This document shows positions 55,826-64,000 of a stretch of DNA of 64,000 nt, one piece after another. Each line of letters begins with the position of its first letter. The first letter of the stretch is position 1. The position numbers and the translations under genes are program-made. The notes under the pieces were generated by a model. It saw only the letters and a program-made list of their open reading frames with translations. It did not search any database and was not told the DNA's origin. This DNA is from Candidatus Marinacidobacterium sp. GTDB taxonomy: Bacteria > Acidobacteriota > Vicinamibacteria > Marinacidobacterales > Marinacidobacteraceae. The DNA lies in NCBI GenBank assembly GCA_965204755.1, contig OZ242011.1:3744001-3808000 (forward strand). The letters run 5' to 3'.

Positions 55826-55868
55826 TGCCGGGTGCGCACTCCGCGCGCCCGGCATCATCCGATAAGAG
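55812..55868. repeat. Inverted repeat with a 26-bp stem that incorporates the XerC arm of dif
   Basis: 55812-55837 pairs with 55843-55868 (2 mismatches, 1 G-T); loop ACTCC. Confidence 0.8.
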
Positions 55869-56162
55869 CGCTCCGTTCTCCGAAGCGGCAAGGGCCTCGG
55901 CGCCGAAAGCCCGGTGTCGCGACGCTCCTCGGGGCCGCTTCCGATAGCGGACCGTCCAGCACCGGGCGCCGAATCTGTGTGGAGCGCGCCCCCGCATCGT
56001 CGGAGCGAGAGCGTTCCGTTATCCGATGCGACGGTCTCGGGACCGGATATTGATCGAGCCACTTGGTAGGCGACGATTGTTCCGGCGATCACCCTTATCA
56101 TCTGTCCCCGAAAATCTCGGCCGAGCCTCGGGTCACGGGCGTGGTTCTCTTCCGGTTCCACG

Positions 56163-58664
56163 ATGTCCTTCCGCAGTTTCCTGAAACGCCTGAGCGGCCC
56201 GCTCCGCGCTGTTCCCGTGCGCTTGATGGGCCGCCTGGTCCGCGTCTTCCGACGGGCTGACGGTTCGAGCGGGCCTGCATCTGGGTGTGGAGAGACGGGA
56301 CAGCCGGAGTTGAACGAATCAACGCCGGACAAGCGGTCAACCGGTTCGGAGCCCGCGGGCACTGCTTCCCCGGACATCGAAGACCGAGATGGACCGACGC
56401 CGGGGCGAAATGACGGCAGTTCGCATGCGCCGGCACCCCTGCCCCAAAAGCCGGGGTCGCCCAACGGCGAAGGGCGCGCCGCCGAACCCGAGCCGGAGGC
56501 GGAAGGGACGATGGACATCACACCGCCGGTTGACGAGAGCCATGCCGATGCGGCAACCGGAGGTGCCCTCCCGGACACGCCGACTCGCGAACCCGACGAC
56601 CGTGCTGATCCCGCGTCTGCGGAGCCAAGACCACCGACGGTGTCTCCGCCGCGAGTGACGACCGAGGGGTCGAGGAGAGCGGGAGAACCTTGGAGGTTCG
56701 GACCGCGTCGCACGCAACATGACTCTGCCCTCGGAATCCGAAGTGACGCGGGCGCTTCTCCACCCGAACTCAGGATTCGCTACGCCGGCGGCAGGTGGGA
56801 AGTACTGCTCTCGGTTGACCCGAAAGCAGGCCCGTCCGAAGTGCTGCAAGGTGGGAATCCGCTTCGTCCTGCTCGGGATGGGGCTTGGCGCGTGCCCGAT
56901 TTCCGGCGAGACATCGAGGTAAGAACCGACAACGCTGGCGACGCAACGATACCCCTCTACACAGGAAGAGAGCCGCTTATCTTCCGGCTACCGGGGGCCG
57001 ATGGCGAGGGAACTCAGCGTCGTCGAATGACCGATCGTGGACGGTATGTCGTAATCGCGCCGGCAGGAGAACTCCGCCGCGACGAGATCGCGGTCTTTCG
57101 GGAGCACGAACCCTGTGGCGATCATCGTTTTGTCGCACATTTCTTCGACTCGTCTGCCGGGAGGGGGGCGGAAACGGTCGAGGGTTTCCCGGAGTGGGAC
57201 TACGGCGCTACAACGGGAAGTGCCTCCTTGGCCGGGCGCTCTATTTTCGACAGTTCCGAAGACGGAAAGTTGTTCGTTGGAGACGCGCCGACTTTGGATT
57301 CGACGGACGGAATCAAATGGGCTCGCATCGGTGAAGAGCGAGAGGGTGGGTGGAAGGGACGGAACTTTCTCGTCGCAGAAGAGAAGCCAGGCGATGTCCT
57401 GAACGGGGCATGTGGGAGATTCTTTCTCCGCACATATCGAACGGGGGAGACGCATCTGGCCGACTCGCGATCGTTTCGCTATTGGCCTGACCTGGAGAGG
57501 ATCGAACTCAACGGGAGAAAATTCGACTCGGAGCGCATCCTGATTCCGGGCACAGCGGGGCATGGGAAGGCGACCGTTCGGTTGGTCGGCCGAGTCGGTA
57601 GCGATCTGAAATTCGAACTCATGAACACCCAAGGGGCATCAGTCTCCACCGACGGGACGATTGCGGTTGCTCCGGACATCACGGCAGACGAGTTGCGCGT
57701 GCGCCTTTGCCGCGCTCCGTGGCACATGGATTTGGTCGTCGCCCTGCCGAGGGTCTGGTGGCGGCTGCAAGGAGATCGGAGCAACTGGAAATCTACTCCG
57801 CTCTCCATGTCTCGTCGAGAGTTCCGGAGCATCGCAACTCAGCGGCTTGAGATGCTCGTGCCGGAGTCCATCCCATCCGTCGAAGCCACACTTGGAAGCC
57901 AAATCGGCGAGTTCCCTGCGACGAGAACTGACGAGTCCGTTCACAAACGACTCTGCGCCATTCCTCTTGAGTACTTCGCGGATCACTCTGCCCTTCAAGA
58001 CGCCGGCGCACGGGAAGACGCTACGATCCGCGCCCGACTAAACGGATCGGAGGTGTGCATCATACATGTGCCCCCTGAACGGCCGCGACGAGCACTCAAA
58101 CCCCAATCGTCGCCCGTCCCCGCTCCGCCACACGAGATGCCGGCGACGCCGAGCCGGACGGAGCACACGGTTCTCAAGAACAGCGTGGTCGCCGTAGGTT
58201 GCGTGAGGGTTCGGGAACGCGACAAGAACATCTCCTTCACGGCTATGGCGATCGTCAGCGACGGGAACGGCCGCGTCGGCGTCGGTCATGGAACGGGGCG
58301 CGATGTACCGGCCGCGACCAAGAAGGGAATCGAGATCGCGACGAAGAATCTGGTGTCGGTGCGGCGGCAGGGACGTACTATCGCCCATGAGGTCGTTGGC
58401 GCCTTCGGTGGCGTTCGTGTCCTGATGAGTCCCGCTCCGGAGGGAACGGGGATCGTCGCGCGTAGATCGACGCGGGCAGCGGTGCGGGCCGTCATCGAAC
58501 TGGCGGGGATCAAGGACATCCTGATCCGATCGAGCGGGACTTCGAACCAGGAAAAGGCCGTCGCGGCGGTCGTCGAGGGCTTGCGTTCGCTCCGCTCGCC
58601 AGAAGTCGTAGCCGAATCTTCCGAAAGGGAGACCGGAGAGAGTCTCCCTGAGACGAGGAGGTAG
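56163..58664 (+). CDS. Uncharacterised protein with a C-terminal ribosomal protein uS5-like domain
   Basis: Disordered N-terminus, beta-rich middle region, and residues ~671-818 resembling uS5 (SFTAMAIVSDGNGRVGVGHG..RDVPAA..K, PAPEGTGIVA, VRAVIELAGIKDI). Confidence 0.8.
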   Translation: MSFRSFLKRLSGPLRAVPVRLMGRLVRVFRRADGSSGPASGCGETGQPELNESTPDKRSTGSEPAGTASPDIEDRDGPTPGRNDGSSHAPAPLPQKPGSPNGEGRAAEPEPEAEGTMDITPPVDESHADAATGGALPDTPTREPDDRADPASAEPRPPTVSPPRVTTEGSRRAGEPWRFGPRRTQHDSALGIRSDAGASPPELRIRYAGGRWEVLLSVDPKAGPSEVLQGGNPLRPARDGAWRVPDFRRDIEVRTDNAGDATIPLYTGREPLIFRLPGADGEGTQRRRMTDRGRYVVIAPAGELRRDEIAVFREHEPCGDHRFVAHFFDSSAGRGAETVEGFPEWDYGATTGSASLAGRSIFDSSEDGKLFVGDAPTLDSTDGIKWARIGEEREGGWKGRNFLVAEEKPGDVLNGACGRFFLRTYRTGETHLADSRSFRYWPDLERIELNGRKFDSERILIPGTAGHGKATVRLVGRVGSDLKFELMNTQGASVSTDGTIAVAPDITADELRVRLCRAPWHMDLVVALPRVWWRLQGDRSNWKSTPLSMSRREFRSIATQRLEMLVPESIPSVEATLGSQIGEFPATRTDESVHKRLCAIPLEYFADHSALQDAGAREDATIRARLNGSEVCIIHVPPERPRRALKPQSSPVPAPPHEMPATPSRTEHTVLKNSVVAVGCVRVRERDKNISFTAMAIVSDGNGRVGVGHGTGRDVPAATKKGIEIATKNLVSVRRQGRTIAHEVVGAFGGVRVLMSPAPEGTGIVARRSTRAAVRAVIELAGIKDILIRSSGTSNQEKAVAAVVEGLRSLRSPEVVAESSERETGESLPETRR

Positions 58665-58672
58665 ATGGACCG

Positions 58673-61600
58673 ATGCCCCATCGAAAAGACATCGACCGGT
58701 GGGTCGAGAAGATTCGGTCCCGGTATACGAGTTATCTTGCGACCTCGTTCTACTTTCGTGACCCGGCGCTTCGGAAATCTTTCGGGGACGCGCTCGGTGG
58801 CGAGGAACTGCTTCGTGGCCCGTACCCGGAATACGGGCGCCGCTTCCCTAAGGGAGTCTCCGCCCGAGAGTTGGCCTCCGAGACGTTCCCGAGCGGGGCG
58901 GAGGACCTGTTCCCTGCCCTCTTGGACGGACGCCTCCACGCGCATCAGGAACGGGCGATTCGGGCTGCCCATTTCGAGAATCGGAACATCGTCGTGGCGA
59001 GCGGTACGGCCAGCGGGAAAACCGAGTGCTTCCTCTATCCGATACTGTTCTCCCTCTTCGATGAGCACTTGGCGGGGACCGTCGACGAGAACGGTGTTCG
59101 GGCGGTGGTTCTCTATCCGATGAACGCCTTGGTGAACGATCAGCGGGAGCGACTTGGTGAACTACGCCGAAGGCTGGACGGACACGGGTCCGGGTTTGAG
59201 TTCACTTTCGGTCAGTACATCGGCCAGACCCCCTACAACTCACGAGACAGGTTTCGGCACGGTGCCGAGCGCGGACGAAGCGCTCTGCCGGGAGAGATCG
59301 TTTTTCGAGAGGAGATGTGGGAGAAGCCGCCCCACATCCTGTTTACGAACTACTCGATGCTCGAGTACCTCTTGCTGCGCCCGCAGGACACGCCCCTGTT
59401 CGACGGCGGCAGGGGCAGACACTGGCGCTTTTTGGTTCTCGACGAGGCGCACGCCTACCGGGGAGCCAAGGGCATCGAGATGGCGATGCTCGTTCGTCGC
59501 CTGAAACAACGGTTGAGAGAGGGTGGACGGACGCGGCCGTTTCGGTGCATCGCCACCAGTGCGACGATTGCGTCCGGGCACGGCAGAGAGGATCGCAGGG
59601 CCGTGGCCGACTTCGCGACGACGCTGTTCGGTGAAGAATTCGAGGATGAGGGTGTCGTGTTCGGCCTTCCCGAGAGTCGATCTGGCGCCGAGTCGGGCGA
59701 CATTCGTCGTCACCATGTGTTCGTGAGGGCGCTGGAAGGCGCCTTCCTGCTGCACGAAGAGGGCCGTGACCGCGTCGTCCTGAATCGCGTCCTCGGGGAC
59801 GCGGGATCGAGAGCTCCGGCGGTTCCGCTCGAGATCGCGCTGTGTCGGGAGTGTGGCCAGCACTACTATGTCGGTCGGGTGAGGAACGGGAGGCTGGTCG
59901 AGGCCGTGCGCGACCGTAGTCGTGGAGATTTCGGAGTGGATTTTTTCCGTCCGCTGTCGACGGATGAACCGCAGGCGTCCGGCCTTTCGCTGTGCCGGAG
60001 GTGCGGGGCGATCGGCCGAGGCGCGACCGGGTGCGGTTGCGGTGTGGAGGCAGCCGTTCAGAAGTGTGCGAACCGACCCGGCCATCCGGACCAGATCAAG
60101 AAATGTGGGAGTTGTGAGTACGCCCGCGGCGGCGTCGGGGATCCGGTTCAGGAAATCGTGCACGGCGCCGACGGGCCCAACGCCGTTCTTGCTACTGCGG
60201 TGCATGAACTGCTGCCTTCCGCGTCGAGACGAATCCTGGCGTTCGCGGACAGCAGACAGGACGCGGCCTTCTTCGCGTGGTACGCGGAGGACTCGTACAC
60301 GACGATTCGAGATCGGAATCTCATGGCGAGGGCGCTTCGCCGGGGAACGGAGGGTTGGCGACGAACCGATGAGGGGGGCGACGAAGGGTTGTCGATCGGG
60401 GATCTGGGTCGTCGGCTCGCGGCAGTGCGTCGCGAACGCGGTCTGACGAAGGCCGCCGACAGTTGGGAAACCGAGATCCGGGCGTCCCATGAGGCCGTTT
60501 TGCGGGAGGCCGTCGCCGAGGATGCGAGGTTGTCACTATCCGGCGTGGGACTCGCGGCGTGGGCGGTGGCCATTCCGAGCGACTTGCGTGTTCCGGCCGA
60601 ACTCCTTGCGCCGCCGTGGAATCTCAGTCCGCCGGAGGCTCGTCTGCTGCTTGAGCACCTTCTCGACGGGTTCCGGAGAGAGCCAGCCTTGTGCCTTCCG
60701 AAGTCACCGGATTTCCCGGCATGGAAGGCGGTGAGCACCCGGCCGGCAATGGCGTTCGCGCGCGGAACGCCGGCCGGGAGAACCAAGGTTCGAGAGTGGG
60801 GAGGCGCGCGGAGCGCGGTCGTCAGCCGGTTCCTGCCGCGGGTCGCCGACGCCTCGGGGCTCAGCCTGGCCGCGGCGCAGGTGGCGAGCCGCAGTCTCAT
60901 GAAGGCGATCTGGGTGGCTCTCAGGGATCGCGACGAGGCGGTGCGCGCCGAGGATCGGATGCTCGAACGGGCCGGGTCCGAGGGAACTTTCGCGCTGAAC
61001 AGCGGATGGTTGCGAGTTCGCTCGGCTGGGGCATCGGAATTGTGGGAATGCGAGACCTGCGCGCGTTTGACCGCGCGAAACATCCGAGGCGTCTGCCCGC
61101 GCAACTGGTGCCCCGGAATCCTTGCGCCGGCGGATCGAGGACGGCTCGACGAGAATCACTATCGGTCCCTGTACGAAGCGACAGACCTGCCGCCGACCTT
61201 GAAGGCGGCGGAGCACACGGCGCAGTTGGCGGACGACGAAGCCAGACGACGGCAGGCCGAGTTCAAGAGCGGCGACATCCATCTGCTCAGTTCGTCTACT
61301 ACCTTCGAGGTCGGAGTCGATCTGGGAGCGCTCGAAGTGACTTTTCTGCGAAATGTGCCCCCGGAGCCCTTCAACTACGCGCAACGGGTGGGACGGGCGG
61401 GGCGAGCGGCGCGCACCGGCCTGGCGCTCACTTACTGTCGCCGCAGTCCTCACGATCTGCACCACTTCTCGAATCCGGAGTCCTTGATCGAGGGGCGGGT
61501 TACGCCGCCTCGGCTTCTCGTCTCAAACGAGCGGATCGTTACGCGGCACATGACCGCGATCGCTCTGTCGGCGTTCTTCCGCGACTCGAATCGTGGCCAG

Positions 61601-62953
61601 GGGCTGGGCAGCGTCGAGGAGTTCATCGGTCCGGACTGGCGCCCGGCGTCAGCGCCGGAGGCGTTGCGGCAGTATTGTGAGAGTGATCGGGCCCCGCTCA
61701 CGACACTGCGTAGCGTCGTTCCTTCGGACATGCACGAGACTGTGGGACTTCACGACGGCGGATGGGTCGGACGGATTGCGGGTCCCGAGAGCCGGCTCGC
61801 GCGCGCTGCGGAGGAAGCGTGTGATGAATTCCGGAAACTGCAGGAATTGGTGGCCGATTTCATGAAGACCCGCGACTCCAGAATCAACCGTCTGCATCGC
61901 AGGATGGACACGATCGCGGGGATGAATGTCGTCCAATTCCTCGCGAGAAAAGCGGTCATTCCGAAGTACGGGTTCCCGGTGGATGTCGTCGAGTTGCACA
62001 CCGGTTCTTGGCGTGAGGGCGGGTCCGTGCAACTCGACCGGGATCTTTCCTTGGCCATTTCGGAGTACGCCCCCGGAAGTCGCGTGGTCGCGAATAAACT
62101 CGAGTGGCAGTCGTGCGGTATCCGGAGAGTGGATGGGCGGGAACCGCCTCGGCGACTGTACGCCTACGACCGGCAACGCTTTCTCGCGACGAACCTCGGT
62201 GATGCGGAGGGGCTGGTAGACGGGCACCGCCCCAAGGGCAAGTACTTGGTGCCGGAGTTCGGGTTCGTCGTGTCCGACAAGGAGAAACCGAGGCCTCCGG
62301 AGCGTCGCAGCCAAAGGCTGTTTTCGACTCGTCCCTTCTTCAGGAATTTCGTGCGCACGGAGTCGCTCGTGGCCGAGAGATCCGTCTTTGGCGTGCACGT
62401 GTCGGAGCCGCAGCCCGGTGAACTCGTCGTCCTGTGTGAGGGGAAGGAGGAGGGAGGGTTTCACCTCTGCGGACAGTGTGGCCGGTATGCGGAGAAACCG
62501 GGACCGCAGCACACTACGCCTTGGGGAGGATCCTGCTCTGGGGTCTTCTCCAGGTTCTCGCTGGGGCACGAAGTGACCACGGATGTCGTCAGAGCCCGAT
62601 TCCCGGAAGCGCTGGATGTCGCGGGGCTCTACTCGCTTGCGTACGCCTTGGCGCTCGGCGCTGCGGATGCCCTCGCCGTGCCGCAGCAGGACCTCGATGT
62701 CACCTTGAGTGGCGACGCCATCGTTCTCTACGATGATGTGCCCGGGGGAGCGGGCCTCGTACGGCAATTGACCGACGAGAGGGCGTTTCGCCGGGTGCTG
62801 GTGAAGTCCCGCGAACGCGTCGACGGGCGATGCGGGTGCGACCGTAGTTGCTACGGGTGTCTTCGCAGTTATCGCAACCAGTTCGTTCACACCCAGCTGG
62901 ACCGCGGGAAGGCGCTCGCGGTGCTTGACGAGGCTCTTCGGCGGACCGGCTGA
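58673..62953 (+). CDS. SF2 DEAD/DEAH-box helicase with Zn-finger inserts and C-terminal DUF1998 (DruE/MrfA-like)
   Basis: Motifs HQ, SGTASGKT, YPMNALVNDQ, TNYSMLE, DEAH, ATSAT, FADSRQDAA, TTFEVGVD, QRVGRAGR; several CxxC; C-terminal YDDVPGGAG...CGCDRSCYGCL. Confidence 0.92.
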   Translation: MPHRKDIDRWVEKIRSRYTSYLATSFYFRDPALRKSFGDALGGEELLRGPYPEYGRRFPKGVSARELASETFPSGAEDLFPALLDGRLHAHQERAIRAAHFENRNIVVASGTASGKTECFLYPILFSLFDEHLAGTVDENGVRAVVLYPMNALVNDQRERLGELRRRLDGHGSGFEFTFGQYIGQTPYNSRDRFRHGAERGRSALPGEIVFREEMWEKPPHILFTNYSMLEYLLLRPQDTPLFDGGRGRHWRFLVLDEAHAYRGAKGIEMAMLVRRLKQRLREGGRTRPFRCIATSATIASGHGREDRRAVADFATTLFGEEFEDEGVVFGLPESRSGAESGDIRRHHVFVRALEGAFLLHEEGRDRVVLNRVLGDAGSRAPAVPLEIALCRECGQHYYVGRVRNGRLVEAVRDRSRGDFGVDFFRPLSTDEPQASGLSLCRRCGAIGRGATGCGCGVEAAVQKCANRPGHPDQIKKCGSCEYARGGVGDPVQEIVHGADGPNAVLATAVHELLPSASRRILAFADSRQDAAFFAWYAEDSYTTIRDRNLMARALRRGTEGWRRTDEGGDEGLSIGDLGRRLAAVRRERGLTKAADSWETEIRASHEAVLREAVAEDARLSLSGVGLAAWAVAIPSDLRVPAELLAPPWNLSPPEARLLLEHLLDGFRREPALCLPKSPDFPAWKAVSTRPAMAFARGTPAGRTKVREWGGARSAVVSRFLPRVADASGLSLAAAQVASRSLMKAIWVALRDRDEAVRAEDRMLERAGSEGTFALNSGWLRVRSAGASELWECETCARLTARNIRGVCPRNWCPGILAPADRGRLDENHYRSLYEATDLPPTLKAAEHTAQLADDEARRRQAEFKSGDIHLLSSSTTFEVGVDLGALEVTFLRNVPPEPFNYAQRVGRAGRAARTGLALTYCRRSPHDLHHFSNPESLIEGRVTPPRLLVSNERIVTRHMTAIALSAFFRDSNRGQGLGSVEEFIGPDWRPASAPEALRQYCESDRAPLTTLRSVVPSDMHETVGLHDGGWVGRIAGPESRLARAAEEACDEFRKLQELVADFMKTRDSRINRLHRRMDTIAGMNVVQFLARKAVIPKYGFPVDVVELHTGSWREGGSVQLDRDLSLAISEYAPGSRVVANKLEWQSCGIRRVDGREPPRRLYAYDRQRFLATNLGDAEGLVDGHRPKGKYLVPEFGFVVSDKEKPRPPERRSQRLFSTRPFFRNFVRTESLVAERSVFGVHVSEPQPGELVVLCEGKEEGGFHLCGQCGRYAEKPGPQHTTPWGGSCSGVFSRFSLGHEVTTDVVRARFPEALDVAGLYSLAYALALGAADALAVPQQDLDVTLSGDAIVLYDDVPGGAGLVRQLTDERAFRRVLVKSRERVDGRCGCDRSCYGCLRSYRNQFVHTQLDRGKALAVLDEALRRTG

Positions 62954-63335
62954 ATCGCCCGAATCCGGAGTCGCCCCGATGTCGGAGACGCCGAAGACCT
63001 TGATGCGGGAGGCCGGGATGAGTGGGCGATCGGGTAAGTCGGGGCGCCGGTATGCAGAGGACTACCGGCGGCGGATCGTGGAACTGGCGCGGGCCGGGCG
63101 TACGCCCGCGGATTTGGCCCGTGAGTTCGAGCCGAGCGCGCAGACGATCCGGAACTGGGTGGCGCAGGCGGATCGGGATGAGGGTCGGCGGTCGGACGGG
63201 TCGACGCGGGAGGAGCGGCGGGAGATCCGGGATTTGCGTCGTCAACTGCGGGATCTGAAGGAGGAGGTGGCCGTCCTGAAAGCGGCGCAGTCGTGGTTCG
63301 ATCGGGAGACCGAGTCCGACGGTTCCGATTCCTGA
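62951..63335 (+). mobile_element. IS3-family remnant (degenerate left end plus orfA; no orfB)
   Basis: TGAATCGCCC..TCCGGAG resembles IS3/IS51-group ends. orfA follows, and no integrase-domain ORF is present before the next gene. Confidence 0.65.
63018..63335 (+). CDS. IS3-family transposase OrfA (HTH)
   Basis: RRYAEDYRRRIVELARAG..LAREF..SAQTIRNWV..EIRDLRRQ..LKEEVAVLKAA; GGGAGG RBS. Confidence 0.8.
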   Translation: MSGRSGKSGRRYAEDYRRRIVELARAGRTPADLAREFEPSAQTIRNWVAQADRDEGRRSDGSTREERREIRDLRRQLRDLKEEVAVLKAAQSWFDRETESDGSDS

Positions 63336-63483
63336 CGGGCTCGGAGTCCCTGGTCCGGGCCTCGCCTGCCTCCCCTTCCCTCGCGCTTCTCGTCCGCCCG
63401 GTCGCCGTCGGGCGCGGAGCGGTTGGCCGTGTCGATGCCGGAGCGACTCGTCGCTCCCGGGCGCCGGTCCGGAATTCTCCGGC

Positions 63484-64000
63484 CTACCGGGTCCAGAGTT
63501 CGTGGAGGGATACGGCGAGGAGGCGGCGGTCGGGGAGGCGGTGGTTCTCGGGGCCGGTGTGGAGGATGAAGCCCCCGGCGAAGTCGTTGCCGCACCGGTC
63601 GGCGAGACGTTGGAGGCCCTTGCCGTCGGTCGGGCGGACGCTCCCGGAGGCCTTCACTTCGATACCCCAGACGCGTTCGTGGCGAGTCAGGACGAGATCC
63701 ACTTCCGCGCCGGCCCGGTCGCGGTAGTGGGACAGGCGCAGGTCGGGGTCGGTCCACGCCGCCTGCGCGGCGACCTGTTGGACGACGAAGGTCTCGAGCA
63801 AGGAGCCGAAGCGGTCCCGGCGTTCGAACCAGTCCGCTTCGGTGATGCCGGAGAGGGTGGCGGCGAGGCCGGCGTCCGCGAGGTGGATCTTCGCGGCCCG
63901 AGCCGGGCGCGGGACCGCGGGGTGGTGCCAAGCGGGAAGGCGGCGGATCAGGAACAGGCGTTCGAGGATGGCCAGGTACCGCTCCACGGTCGCCCGGTCG
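63484..64000 (-). CDS. AAA+ ATPase with DUF4143 domain (C-terminal part; 5' end lies outside the window)
   Basis: Motifs YLAILERLF, AKIHLADAGL, GSLLETFV, YRDRAGAEVDLV, GIEVKAS. Confidence 0.85.
   Translation of the reverse strand, partial: DRATVERYLAILERLFLIRRLPAWHHPAVPRPARAAKIHLADAGLAATLSGITEADWFERRDRFGSLLETFVVQQVAAQAAWTDPDLRLSHYRDRAGAEVDLVLTRHERVWGIEVKASGSVRPTDGKGLQRLADRCGNDFAGGFILHTGPENHRLPDRRLLAVSLHELWTR

Noticed and set aside
58173-58615. Calling the uS5-like region the genuine rpsE gene
   Set aside because: It has no separate start or spc-operon context, key motifs are degenerate, and it is fused in frame to about 670 unrelated residues.
1-64000. tRNA (including selC), rRNA, integrase or prophage structural genes
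   Set aside because: None recognised by eye; a covariance-model scan would be needed to exclude small RNAs.

Overview
A very GC-rich bacterial chromosomal segment. The gene order (tsaB-DUF465-psd-pssA; guaA-dnaE-accA-lpt-rpoN-PTS; miaB-DUF151-parAB) resembles Acidobacteriota, which is inference only. Positions 1-55764 are mostly housekeeping: MFS, hydrolase, pgsA-like, TRAP/TAXI, mutS, tsaB, psd/pssA, a large sensor kinase, guaA, dnaE, accA, lptA-like/lptB, rpoN, PTS IIA/HPr/EI, a lexA-imuA-imuB-dnaE2 cassette, a two-OB-fold ssb, tol-pal, recN, miaB and parAB. Three things are not visible in the ORF track. (1) A redox operon (52578-54856) carries two in-frame UGA selenoprotein candidates, a UxxC peroxiredoxin-like protein and an OsmC-like protein, each followed by a SECIS-like hairpin. 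(2) A XerC/D dif site at 55798-55825 has its XerC arm embedded in a 26-bp-stem hairpin and marks the edge of a lower-GC island. (3) Inside that island, a two-gene module pairs an 833-aa protein ending in a degenerate ribosomal protein uS5 domain with a 1426-aa Zn-finger DEAH helicase-DUF1998 protein; this is a candidate undescribed defence-type system. Also found: a MITE family, a candidate new LexA operator, tandem NrdR-like boxes ahead of tol-pal-ssb, a sigma54 site ahead of the rpoN-containing operon, and strong ACGT/AGCT depletion. All calls come from reading the sequence by eye; no database searches were run.
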